The translations under genes and the position numbers were made by a program. Shown piece by piece: positions 55,980 to 62,580 of a stretch of 64,000 nt of DNA; position 1 is the first letter of the stretch; the number at the start of each line of letters is the position of its first letter. Under the pieces are notes generated by a model. That model saw only the letters and a list, made by a program, of their open reading frames with translations. It was not told the origin of the DNA and made no database searches. The DNA is from Octopus sinensis. Its lineage: Eukaryota. The DNA is taken from the NCBI RefSeq assembly GCF_006345805.1, contig NC_042997.1, positions 211,296,001 through 211,360,000 of the forward strand, given 5' to 3'.

Positions 55980-58900
55980 ATGTTGTGTACTTTCATCTGT
56001 CTGGATCAGGAGATGGCAAACATCTTATATCATTGACCGCTGCCCACCCCACCTCATAACCTATCAACCCCTACCTCCACCCTATCACTTAAATCTTTAA
56101 AATAAAATTTTAAAATGTAATAAGACTACTTTTGACCCCTTAGATAACTCTAACTGATCCCCATACTGTTGACCCCTGTTCTAGTGCCTTCAACCAATTA
56201 TTCGTATTTTCAATCATTTATTTCAAAAATTAACTACATACTTTAAAATGCAATTAATAAGACTTTACTTTTGACCCCTTAGATAACCCTAACTGATCCC
56301 CATACTGTTGACCCCTGTTCTAGTGCCTTCAACCAATTATTCGTATTTTCAATCATTTATTTCAAAAATTAATTACATACTTTAAAATGCAATTAATAAG
56401 ACTTTACTTTTGACCCCTTAGATAACCCTAACTGATCCCCATACTGTTGACCCCTGTTCTAGTGCCTTCAACCAATTATTCGTATTTTCAATCATTTATT
56501 TCAAAAATTAATTACATACTTTAAAATGCAATTAATAAGACTTTACTTTTGACCCCTTAGATAACCCTAACTGATCCCCATACTGTTGACCCCTGTTCTA
56601 GTGCCTTCAACCAATTATTCGTATTTTCAATCATTTATTTCAAAAATTAATTACATACTTTAAAATGCAATTAATAAGACTTTACTTTTGACCCCTTAGA
56701 TAACCCTAACTGATCCCCATACTGTTGACCCCTGTTCTAGTGCCTTCAACCAATTATTCGTATTTTCAATCATTTATTTCAAAAATTAATTACATACTTT
56801 AAAATGCAATTAATAAGACTTTACTTTTGACCCCTTAGATAACCCTAACTGATCCCCATACTGTTGACCCCTGTTCTAGTGCCTTCAACCAATTATTCGT
56901 ATTTTCAATCATTTATTTCAAAAATTAATTACATACTTTAAAATGTAATTAATAAGACTTTACTTTTGACCCCTTAGATAACTCTAACTGATCCCCATAC
57001 TGTTGACCCCTTAGATAACTAACTGGTCCCCATACTGTTGACCCCTGTTCTAGTGCCTTCAACCAATTATTCGTATTTTCAATCATTTATTTCAAAAATT
57101 AATTACATACTTTTGCATATTCTTGTTGTCTTCTTGCAGCACACGATATTGGTTTTCAATCAGAGTTCGTTGGTTTTTTTCCTTTTTCAGTCTTTGACGA
57201 CAATCGTTGATGTACTGCTGGAGTTTGGCAGCAGATGTCGGGTCTGTGAAAACGAGAAAAGATAAATAGCACACGACATTGAGTGTTCAGCTTCACCGAG
57301 ACCTTTGGCATTACGTCGAGCTTGAGAAGAAAACCCATCAAGCCAAGCGAAACCACAGTCATGGCAGATACTGGTGTCATGCAAATGGCACCTAGGCCAG
57401 TGGCACGTCAAAGTACCCATTACACTCTTGGAGTGGTTGGTGTTAGGAAGGACATTCAGCCAAATCAGACTGGGGTCTGGTGCAGCCTTCCAGCTTGCAA
57501 GCCCCGGTCAAACTGTCCAACCCATGCCAGCATGGACAACGGACATTAAATGATGATGATGATGATGATGATGATTGTCTTCAAAGAGAAGCAATCACTT
57601 CTTTTACACTGACACAAAACCACAATGCGGTGTATTGTTGATTACCTGAACCCCAATACATTACAGGTACTTATGTTGATGAACTGCAGAAAGAAAAACA
57701 ACAAGGTTGACTTGGCCGTGGTTTGAACCCTAAACACTAAAATAACAAAATGAAATATCATTGCTCTGTCACTGCAGCCTCCTTCCCCAACCCTTTTCGT
57801 CCTAAATAACAAGGGTGTCTAACAGAGACACAAAACAAACTTGTGTAGGAAACAAGCAACCCTTTCTATGAATCCCACAAAACCGGAATGAGATTTATTT
57901 TATCAAACCTAGAATACTGGTTTCAAATTTTGGCACAAGGCCAGCAATTTCGGGGGGGGGGGGTTAAGTCGATTGCATTAATCCCAGTAATCAACTGGTA
58001 CTTATTTTACTGACCTCCAAACAGATGGCAGGCGAAGTGACCATGGCAGAATTTGAACTCGCAATGTAAAGACGGACAAAATGTCGCTAATTATTTTGCT
58101 CAGTGTGCTAATGACTCTGCCAGCTCTCTGGCTTAATCAGCCCTAAAATAAGAAATGAGAAAGTTGGCCTCAGGTTTGAACTCACAATGCAAAGCCATGC
58201 AACTAAATACTACAAACAATTCTGTCGATCATTCCCTCAACCACTACCACTGCTCACACAGTCACTTCATTCACTATTCTTCTAAACACTGCTTCACTCA
58301 TCCTCATCAATGTCCATTTTTCCATGACCATATGGGTCAGAGAGGATTTGTTGAGGCAGATTTTCTGGATGCCCTTCCTGTCACCAACCCTCGTCCATTT
58401 AATAGGAAGGTAATATCTCCCCATGGACAGACAACTTTTTCACAGAAGACTGGAAACAAACACCACCACTTGCATGACAGTGGTGCTCATTTACAACAAC
58501 CACATGACATCTAGACAACACACACACACAAATAAAGAAGTTGGCATTAGGAAGGGCATCCAGCCATAAAAACCATACCAAAGCAGACAATTGGAGCCTG
58601 GTACAGCTCTCCTACCATGCCAGCTCCTGCCAGCATAGAAAATAGACATTAAATGATGATATATATATATATAAACATTGGGCTTCTTTTAGTTTCCTTG
58701 TACTAAATCTACTCAAAAGGATTTCATTGACCCTCAAGACTCTAACAGAAGACACTTGTGTTAGATCTCACACACTGGGACTGAACCTGAAATCACGTGA
58801 TTGCAAGCCAAGCTTCTCAACCACATGGCCAATCCTGTATCATCATCATCATCGCTTAACATCCATTTTCCGTGCTAGCATGGGTTGGACGGTTCAACTG

Positions 58901-59773
58901 GGGTCTGGGAAGCCAGAAGGCTGCGCCAGGCCCAGTCTGATCTGGCAGTGTTTCTACAGCTGGATGCCCTTCCTAACGCCAACCACTCCATGAGTGTAGT
59001 GGGTGCTTTTTATGTGCCACCGGAACAGGTGCCAGGGGAGGCTGGCAGCGGCCATGATGGGTTGGTGCTTTTTACGTGCCACCGGCACGGAAGCCAGTCA
59101 AGGTGGTGCTGGCATCAGCCACGTTCGGATGGAGCTTTTTATGTGCCACCGGCACAGGTATCACAACTACAATTTCCATTTGATATTTATTTTGATGGTG
59201 ATGTACTTGACTCAATAGGTCTCCTCAAGCACAGCAGGTCACCCTTTGATCCAAGGTAAGCACAGCAGGCCGTTCTGCAATCCAAGGTACTTTGGATGGG
59301 CTGGGGCTACGCGAAACTGGTGCAGGAAACAGCTATGAACTCACATTATTTGTCGGGTCTTTGCAGTCACAGCATATCTCCAGAGATCTTGGTCTTTTGT
59401 CATTGCCTCTGTGAGGCCATTGCCTCGAAAGAACATGTATGATAATCGACAGAGCAAGCCCCAGTGACAACAGGATCAATTTGAAAGAAGAAGAAAAACT
59501 AAACAACTATGACGGTTTAAAGTGGGAAATACGATGAGTGTGGTCAATGAAGAGAGTAGACGTGATACCAATAGTGATTGGTGCACTTGGAAGTATCAGC
59601 ACTCATCTACCAACATGGCTGAAAAAGATTGGTGCAAGTGTGAAGGTAGGACACCTACAAAAATCAGCACTGATTGGATGTGCAAGAATTCTTCACAGGG
59701 TTCTTGAAGCATGACCAGTTAACAAGTGTCACCTTAGTCTGCTGGCTGTGGACAGCTGACACTTTCCAGCAAA

Positions 59774-59806
<33 letters not shown>

Positions 59807-60544
59807 CCTTTCTACTAAAGGCACAAGGCCTGAAATTTGGGGGAGGAGACTAGTTGATTACACTGACCCCAGTGTTTCACTGGTACTAAATTTATTAACC
59901 CTGAATGGATGAAAGGCAAATTCAACCTGAGCGGAATTTGAACTCAGAACACAGCGGTGGATGAAATACTACTAAGCATTTCACCCAGCATGCTAATGAG
60001 TATGCCAGCTCACAACCTTGATAATGATAATAATAATAATAATAATAATAATAGTTTCAAATTTTGCCACAAGGGCAGCAATTTTGGGGGACAGGGATGA
60101 GTCGATTACCTTGACCCCATTGTTCAACTGGTTCTTAATTTATCGACCCCCAAAAGGATGAAAGGTGAAGTTAACCTCAGAACATAGTGGTGAGCGAAAT
60201 ACCACCAAGCATTTCATCCAGCATGCTAACGATTCTGCCAGTTCACCACCTTAATAATAATATTAATAATAGTAATAATAATAATAATGATAAAGTATAA
60301 CATTATAACCATTCAATTAATTATGAAAGCAAGAATTCCTTACCATTTAGGTTGAGGTTCATCAAGACATCTTTCTCGTAATTCACTGTTGAGAGATTAT
60401 TTTCTGTCTCAAATGAAGTCACAGACAACATATCATCGTCTTTCAAAACATCGGAACTATCCAGAAAACCAAAACCAGCAAAATCCTCCAACACAGTTTC
60501 TGTGGGTTTCCTACAATTCAAACAAGATTTCACCGAGATAAATT
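2016..60544 (-). CDS. ANKRD26: Spliced coiled-coil protein gene, ANKRD26/CCDC144-like, 5'-partial (22 exons, about 766 aa)
   Basis: 22 exons with AG/GT boundaries join in consistent phases with no stops (2299 nt). C-terminal segments [13 protein letters not shown] and [10 protein letters not shown] resemble recalled ANKRD26/CCDC144 segments KLKEVNLFLQ and KYKQLYLEEL. No ankyrin repeats are visible here, so the symbol is a family-level inference. Confidence 0.6.
2363..2830 (+). mobile_element. piggyBac-type MITE dimer (2363-2583 and 2615-2830)
   Basis: Each monomer reads TTAA-CCCTTT...AAAGGG-TTAA; 31-bp spacer. Confidence 0.8.
3525..3820 (-). mobile_element. tRNA-derived SINE family D, tail type 1
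   Basis: Head ggaggcgcaatggcctagtggttagggcagcggactcgcggtcg...gattctcagaccggg. Confidence 0.8.
3994..5048. repeat. Long inverted repeat IR1 (arms about 3994-4215 and 4832-5048)
   Basis: Arms align as reverse complements (roughly 80% by eye); the spacer contains an RTE tail at 4330-4660. Confidence 0.8.
4812..4905 (+). ncRNA. Decayed type I hammerhead-like motif in the right arm of inverted repeat IR1
   Basis: UUCU-CUGAUGA-GUGGA ... GAAAUGAUCGUA-AGAA; the two arms together reconstruct the palindrome ACGAUCGU. Confidence 0.45.
5086..5700. repeat. Long inverted repeat IR2 (arms about 5086-5320 and 5445-5700)
   Basis: e.g. tctttggtggtaaaaagccattat versus ataatggctttttaccaccaaaga. Confidence 0.85.
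5179..5252 (-). ncRNA. Type I hammerhead-like motif in the left arm of inverted repeat IR2
   Basis: GUU-CUGAUGA ... UACCAU/AUGGUA ... GAAACAGCUGUA-AAC; palindromic stem III ACAGCUGU, GUA triplet; proximal stem II poorly paired. Confidence 0.5.
6755..6925 (-). CDS. ANKRD26: Exon E21 (phase 0-0) [57 protein letters not shown]
   Basis: tgtgtttgcag acceptor, CAG|gtgaat donor; [10 protein letters not shown] resembles the recalled ANKRD26/CCDC144 C-terminal motif. Confidence 0.85.
7465..7632 (-). mobile_element. tRNA-derived SINE family E (degenerate)
   Basis: ggtttcaattcctggactgggcag...gtgttcttgagcaaaacacttcat; related copies at about 29005-29140 and 54700-54885. Confidence 0.6.
8365..8600 (-). 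mobile_element. RTE AP-endonuclease remnant
   Basis: Translates [10 protein letters not shown] ... [11 protein letters not shown] ... FYNTFLQ with stops. Confidence 0.6.
8817..10200 (+). mobile_element. RTE LINE RT fragment
   Basis: ORF 8820-9368 (APGPSRII...[10 protein letters not shown]...[12 protein letters not shown]), [22 protein letters not shown]. Confidence 0.9.
10210..10278 (-). CDS. Exon E20 (phase 0-0) [23 protein letters not shown]
   Basis: tcttctttttttag acceptor, GCA|gtaagt donor, 69 nt. Confidence 0.8.
10520..10583 (-). CDS. Exon E19 (phase 2-0) [21 protein letters not shown]
   Basis: ttcttttgag acceptor, ATG|gtttgt donor (both weak), 64 nt; bridges phase 2 to phase 0. Confidence 0.7.
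10939..11409. mobile_element. tRNA-headed, hammerhead-bearing element present as a head-to-head inverted pair with a 13-bp TSD
   Basis: TSD agcaagagctaac at 10926-10938 and 11410-11422; minus copy 10939-11144 truncated at the B box; plus copy 11144-11409 with A and B boxes. Confidence 0.8.
10993..11038 (-). ncRNA. Minimal type I hammerhead ribozyme motif (decayed)
   Basis: GACAC-CUGAUGA-A-GGGUG/CAGCC-GAAAC-AUU-GUGUU; stem I and core intact, G16.2 changed to A, one stem II mismatch; the partner at 11289-11331 (+) has a perfect stem II but GAAG. Confidence 0.6.
13054..13462 (+). mobile_element. tRNA-derived SINE family A (about 410 bp, CORE-like centre)
   Basis: A box ggctgtgtggt, B box ggttcagtccc, ccttgggcaagtgtctt centre, (AAAGAGT)n tail; resembles described Octopus OK/OR-type SINEs, exact family not assigned. 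Confidence 0.8.
13516..13589 (-). CDS. Exon E18 (phase 0-2) [25 protein letters not shown]
   Basis: catatttcag acceptor, AA|gtgagt donor, 74 nt. Confidence 0.85.
13645..14075 (+). mobile_element. RTE C-terminus plus 3' UTR and (GAT)n tail
   Basis: ctggtatgggcatgtgatgcgtatg (WYGHVMRM) followed by the RTE tail. Confidence 0.75.
15681..16049 (+). mobile_element. SINE family A
   Basis: Colinear with 13054-13462. Confidence 0.8.
17107..17513 (+). mobile_element. SINE family A
   Basis: Colinear with 13054-13462. Confidence 0.8.
17531..17581 (-). CDS. Exon E17 (phase 0-0) [17 protein letters not shown]
   Basis: tgtttcttattgcag acceptor, AAA|gtaagt donor, 51 nt. Confidence 0.8.
18308..18548 (+). 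mobile_element. piggyBac-type MITE monomer with an internal (GAT)n
   Basis: TTAA at 18304-18307 and 18549-18552; CCCTTT...AAAGGGG termini. Confidence 0.8.
19121..19190 (-). CDS. Exon E16 (phase 2-0) [23 protein letters not shown]
   Basis: ttattttaatag acceptor (TAG-CAG NAGNAG), TGG|gtaggt donor, 70 nt. Confidence 0.8.
19329..19558 (+). mobile_element. SINE family B inserted into an RTE tail, with a 13-bp TSD
   Basis: ggtttgaccaggg at 19318-19330 and 19559-19571. Confidence 0.85.
20733..21146 (-). mobile_element. SINE family A
   Basis: Reverse-complement copy. Confidence 0.8.
21374..21423 (-). CDS. Exon E15 (phase 0-2) [17 protein letters not shown]
   Basis: attccacaacag acceptor, CA|gtgagt donor, 50 nt, phase fits E16. 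Confidence 0.8.
21593..22921. repeat. 26-bp minisatellite, about 51 units
   Basis: CATCCATCTACAACATGTGGTACAG(A/G) with recurrent variants; 23-bp units near the right end. Confidence 0.95.
23664..24132 (-). mobile_element. piggyBac-type MITE dimer, reverse orientation (23664-23885 and 23917-24132)
   Basis: Same monomers and spacer as 2363-2830, reverse-complemented. Confidence 0.8.
24216..24265 (-). CDS. Candidate orphan exon (phase 1-0) [16 protein letters not shown]
   Basis: ttgtgtcag acceptor, CAG|gtgaac donor; only the phase-1 frame looks protein-like and no partner exon was found. Confidence 0.25.
24466..25062 (+). mobile_element. RTE 3' end with expanded UTR subrepeats
   Basis: acccaggaaaacatgggacgaggtggtgaagcacgac, then subrepeats and an aaacgatgatgatg tail. 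Confidence 0.8.
25433..25678. repeat. 66-bp tandem repeat, about 4 units, derived from the RTE 3' UTR subrepeat
   Basis: gctgatgccagtacc...gtgccagtggcacataaaaagcacc at 66-bp spacing. Confidence 0.9.
25845..26078 (+). mobile_element. SINE family B
   Basis: Colinear with 1648-1878. Confidence 0.75.
26517..26598. repeat. (TA)n(GA)n microsatellite next to the Tc1 TIR
   Basis: Direct reading; many other (TA)n, (CA)n, (GAT)n and (ATT)n tracts occur throughout. Confidence 0.95.
26602..27978 (-). mobile_element. Tc1 (DD34E) DNA transposon with 29-bp TIRs
   Basis: TIRs caggcatgacagaagtaaatagacaccct (26602-26630) and agggtgtctgtttacttctgtcatgtttg (27950-27978), 3 mismatches; TA on the left flank. 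Confidence 0.9.
26850..27721 (-). pseudogene. Tc1 transposase pseudogene
   Basis: Three ORF pieces in one frame separated by 3 in-frame stops; [14 protein letters not shown] and SPDRNRIG (D-x34-G, catalytic E changed to G); C-terminus interrupted by an RTE tail at 26697-26846. Confidence 0.85.
28015..28155. repeat. Imperfect 43-bp inverted repeat (hairpin)
   Basis: ggcaaccaatggtttcatgcgaaga versus tcttcgcatgaaaccactggttgcc, extending to ttatttgt/acaaataa. Confidence 0.85.
28234..28284 (-). CDS. Exon E14 (phase 0-0) [17 protein letters not shown]
   Basis: ccctttctttgcag acceptor, CAG|gtaaac donor, 51 nt. Confidence 0.75.
29180..29296 (-). CDS. Exon E13 (phase 0-0) [39 protein letters not shown]
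   Basis: gctttgtaaaccag acceptor, TTG|gtaagg donor, 117 nt. Confidence 0.85.
30328..30447 (-). CDS. Exon E12 (phase 0-0) [40 protein letters not shown]
   Basis: cgtattttcag acceptor, AAT|gtaagt donor, 120 nt. Confidence 0.85.
30969..31088 (-). CDS. Exon E11 (phase 0-0) [40 protein letters not shown]
   Basis: tttctgtttctgccag acceptor, AAG|gtaaat donor, 120 nt. Confidence 0.85.
31700..34578 (+). mobile_element. RTE-clade LINE, 5'-truncated and decayed: RT, PHD finger, 3' UTR with subrepeats, (GAT)n tail
   Basis: [35 protein letters not shown] and YADD (ctctatgctgatgac) motifs; several stops and frameshifts; ends in atgatgatgat. Confidence 0.9.
35899..35955 (-). CDS. Exon E10 (phase 0-0) [19 protein letters not shown]
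   Basis: ttttctttttaattag acceptor, AAG|gtaatt donor, 57 nt. Confidence 0.8.
37378..37629. repeat. 36-bp minisatellite, 7 units
   Basis: tatgtggagacagggtcacagctaatgaatattc(g/a)t. Confidence 0.95.
37658..37742 (-). CDS. Exon E9 (phase 2-0) [28 protein letters not shown]
   Basis: ttttttccgtgtctgcag acceptor, AGA|gtaaga donor, 85 nt. Confidence 0.85.
38030..38490 (-). mobile_element. RTE 3' UTR fragment with 5 palindromic subrepeats
   Basis: (CAT)n, then tttaacgtccgctttccat and repeated ggtgctttttatgtgccaccggcac. Confidence 0.85.
39074..39487 (+). mobile_element. SINE family A
   Basis: Colinear copy. Confidence 0.8.
39495..39709 (-). CDS. Exon E8 (phase 0-2) [72 protein letters not shown]
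   Basis: ttcctgtcattgtag acceptor, weak AG|gtgccg donor supported by phase match to E9, 215 nt. Confidence 0.85.
39972..40222 (-). mobile_element. RTE RT fragment nearly identical to about 44045-44295
   Basis: Shares the same internal deletions and diagnostic bases. Confidence 0.8.
40398..40493 (-). CDS. Exon E7 (phase 0-0) [32 protein letters not shown]
   Basis: ttattttcag acceptor, AAG|gtaaat donor, 96 nt. Confidence 0.85.
40737..40772 (+). ncRNA. Hammerhead-like motif with variant core CUGUUGA
   Basis: CUUU-CUGUUGA-A-GAGC/GCUC-GAAAU-GUA-AAAG; second copy at 63700-63734 (-) inside a shared 120-bp repeat (40710-40830 / 63645-63770). Confidence 0.45.
42635..44830 (-). mobile_element. RTE LINE 3' portion (RT, PHD, 3' UTR, tail), internally deleted
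   Basis: [40 protein letters not shown] and [13 protein letters not shown] on the minus strand, continuous into the UTR and tail. Confidence 0.85.
44835..45112. repeat. Compound (TATG)n/(TG)n microsatellite
   Basis: Direct reading. Confidence 0.95.
45488..45668. repeat. About 59-bp tandem repeat, 3 units
   Basis: acagaatcaggaattcc(c)n-tcattgaggttggacaggtctcacag. Confidence 0.9.
45950..46021 (-). CDS. Exon E6 (phase 0-0) [24 protein letters not shown]
   Basis: tttttcttctttttcag acceptor, CGA|gtacgt donor, 72 nt. Confidence 0.8.
48301..48411 (-). CDS. Exon E5 (phase 0-0) [37 protein letters not shown]
   Basis: ctaattgcag acceptor, ACA|gtaagg donor, 111 nt. Confidence 0.85.
48530..48913 (-). 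mobile_element. tRNA-derived SINE family D, tail type 2
   Basis: Same head as 3525-3820 but a different 3' half; a tail-only copy lies at about 31385-31560. Confidence 0.8.
49555..50120. repeat. About 560-bp interspersed repeat between (ATT)n tracts, class unassigned
   Basis: GC-richer block with sharp (ATT)n boundaries; recalled as a common Octopus repeat, no second copy in the window. Confidence 0.4.
50152..50920 (+). mobile_element. Cluster of SINE-B-related copies separated by (ATT)n
   Basis: Copies at about 50152-50360, 50375-50590 and 50670-50820, plus a tail fragment near 50870-50915. Confidence 0.7.
51043..51127 (-). CDS. Exon E4 (phase 2-0) [28 protein letters not shown]
   Basis: ttttaatttcag acceptor, CGT|gtaagt donor, 85 nt. 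Confidence 0.85.
51477..51677. repeat. 87-bp near-perfect inverted repeat with a 27-nt loop
   Basis: Arms 51477-51563 and 51591-51677, 4 mismatches, set among (TA)n tracts. Confidence 0.95.
51578..51638 (+). ncRNA. Type I hammerhead ribozyme motif (best preserved in the window)
   Basis: Stem I GAUAA/UUGUC, CUGAAGA 51583-51589, stem II GAUG/CAUC plus a bulged C, GAAA 51621-51624, stem III ACUC/GAGU, GUU triplet with predicted cut at 51633|51634. Confidence 0.65.
54153..54365 (-). mobile_element. piggyBac-type MITE monomer
   Basis: TTAA at 54149-54152 and 54366-54369; a partial copy also lies at 52993-53149. Confidence 0.8.
54440..54538 (-). CDS. Exon E3 (phase 2-2) [33 protein letters not shown]
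   Basis: tttcag acceptor, AA|gtaagt donor, 99 nt open, phase fits E2 and E4. Confidence 0.85.
56121..57113. repeat. 139-bp tandem repeat, 7 units, overlapping the E2 donor
   Basis: Units start at 56121, 56258, 56397, 56536, 56675, 56814 and 56953; the exon-proximal unit has an extra 35-bp internal duplication. Confidence 0.95.
57111..57243 (-). CDS. Exon E2 (phase 1-2) [45 protein letters not shown]
   Basis: ttttctcgttttcacag acceptor, AA|gtatgt donor, coiled-coil composition. Confidence 0.85.
58840..59420 (-). mobile_element. RTE 3' end (ORF end, UTR subrepeats, tail)
   Basis: Matches 33980-34578 in reverse orientation. Confidence 0.8.
59430..59805 (+). mobile_element. Dong/R4-clade LINE 3' end (restriction-like endonuclease C-terminus) with (AAT)n tail
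   Basis: 59439-59714 reads [90 protein letters not shown]; IPIVIGALG is typical of R4/Dong RLE domains. Confidence 0.8.
59806..60255 (-). mobile_element. Two tandem SINE-B-related copies within (AAT)n
   Basis: About 59806-60020 and 60050-60255; further minus-strand copies near 38690 and 57915. Confidence 0.7.
60344..60544 (-). CDS. Exon E1 (phase 1-1) [66 protein letters not shown]
   Basis: ttgaaatag acceptor, G|gtaagg donor, 201 nt open; the terminal G joins AC of E2 to give Asp. Confidence 0.65.
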
Positions 60545-60757
60545 CTATTTCAAAGATGAAGAAATTTCAAATATTCCAACCTCTTTATTCCCTCATTCTC
60601 CCTTCATAAATTCTGAATGAGGTTAACATTCCCAGATATCTTTTCTACTCTAGGCACAAGGACCAAAATTTTGTGGCAGGGGGCCAGTCGATTAGATCGA
60701 CCCCAGTAATAACAATGTATTCATTTTCTACAACATTCCCAGACACCATAACATTAA

Positions 60758-61086
60758 CCCCTTACCCAACAATTATTTTGAAAATAAATGTATTTTTTCA
60801 GACATATTTTTTAATTATTTTATTTTACTGATTTGAATGGTGATTTCGAGGTATATTTCAAACCTTATTTATTATGAATTTTAATTCAATAATATTGAAA
60901 TCGTCACTGCCAGACGTATAAAGTGAGCGAATATACTCGTATATGTCAAAAAAGAGTTTATAATAGACGAAGGAACTCGTTTGCTGTCGATTTTGGCGAG
61001 TCTATCTTTTGACGAGTTAACTCGCCAGAGATAGAAAAAAACGATTTCGGTCAAAACGCATATATTCGTTTCTGCCGGGTAAGGGG
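60758..61086. mobile_element. Second TTAA-flanked MITE family (329 bp)
   Basis: TTAA-CCCCTTACCC ... GGGTAAGGGG-TTAA. Confidence 0.7.
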
Positions 61087-61261
61087 TTAAGAGGATCAGA
61101 CACAAATTGCTCCTGGTTAAGACACTGCTCAATTATGAGTAACTTTCCCCAAAAGTAACATAATTATTCTAATTATATCGTTGGCACAGAAATATATCTA
61201 AGACAGTATTTGAACTCTCCAATACCTGAAGCGAATGTCAGCATTTCATTTATGAAATGCT

Positions 61262-61662
61262 GAGTCTCTTTTACTCTTTTACTTGTTTCAGTCATTTGAC
61301 TGTGGCCATGCTGGAGCACCGCCTTTAGTCGAGCAAATCGACCCCGGGACTTATTCTTTGTAAGCCCAGTACTTATTCTATCGGTCTCTTTTGCCGAACC
61401 GCTAAGTGACAGGGACGTAAACACACCAGCATCGGTTGTCAAGCAATGCTAGGGGGACAAACACAGACACACACACTTATATATATATACATATATACGA
61501 CAGGCTTCTTTCAGTTTCCGTCTACCAAATCCACTCACAAGGCATTGGTCGGCCCGGGGCTATAGCAGAAGACACTTGCCCAAGATGCCACGCCGTGGGA
61601 CTGAACCTGGAACCATGTGGTTGGTTAGCAAGCTACTTACCACAAAGCCACTCCTGCGCCTA
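61262..61662 (-). mobile_element. SINE family A
   Basis: Reverse-complement copy; partial or degenerate copies also near 22921, 26140, 41790, 48070, 51177, 52700 and 58670. Confidence 0.8.
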
Positions 61663-61763
61663 TGTTTAAGAAATGAAATTATTTTGAATTTCATAGCACC
61701 TTCTGAAGATTCCGAATGATTAAGCAACATAAACAACAGAAATAACAAATCTGTCAAACATAC

Positions 61764-61780
61764 GACCCACAGCATCGGCT
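61764..61780 (-). CDS. Candidate 17-nt microexon upstream of E1
   Basis: tttttcttttttataaaattgaaccag acceptor, GTC|gtatgt donor; read as phase 2-1 it gives ADAVG and fits E1. Confidence 0.25.
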
Positions 61781-62299
61781 CTGGTTCAATTTTATAAAAA
61801 AGAAAAATTATTATTATTATTTAATTTTGAAATATTCAGTAAAATAATTAGTGCACTCATCCATTCAGAGTGGGAACCTGACTAAAATCATAATTAATAC
61901 TGGTTTCATTTAGATAATTAGTGTAACTTAGGGGAATCTTTTGTTATCTCAACCAATGAAAAGATATTTCTTAATCCTTATCTTATAGTATGAGACCCAT
62001 TTCTCCTTCACTTTGTTTATACATACCAAGCTAAATGGAAGTCTTATTTTTTACTTCATATTAATATATTATGTTCAACTGAATAGATTCTAACATGTGA
62101 CCAATATTGAAAAGTTTTGCAGCTGAACCAGTGCAAACTTCCTAACAAACATTGGTCTTCTCAAGAATAGTTTGCATTCCGTTGGACAATTTCTACCTCG
62201 CTTCTCACTCTTAGGGCTCTTACTTAGCAAGACTGCATGTATCGGACCAGGTCATGAAAGTTACAGAGAGGGTCAAAATAAACCCTTGTATTTGGCTCT

Positions 62300-62580
62300 T
62301 TTTTTGTTTTACAGGGAGAAAACCTTTGACGGGGTCCCTTACTCCTTTATCTGGTAGGCAATGCAGAAGCTAAAGATGGATGAGTGGTCAGTGAGAGCAG
62401 CAACAGCCATGTTCAGGGATGCTGTCTGTAAGGTTGGCAATATGTATAGCAATGAATTTAGTGTATAAGTGGGAGTTCTCCAAGGACTGGTTCTCAACCA
62501 CTTCTTGGTTGTCCTCCAGGCCATAACAGAGGAATTTAAGACTGGCTGCCCTTGGGAGCTTCTCTAAGCTGACGACTTAT
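62300..62580 (+). mobile_element. RTE RT fragment
   Basis: gagaaaacctttgacggggtcccttac ... ccttgggagcttctctaagctgacgac match the RTE RT. Confidence 0.7.

Noticed and set aside
61170-61234. Acceptor ttcgcttcag followed by VLESSNTVLDIF
   Set aside because: No convincing donor before the stop; it abuts a SINE-A.
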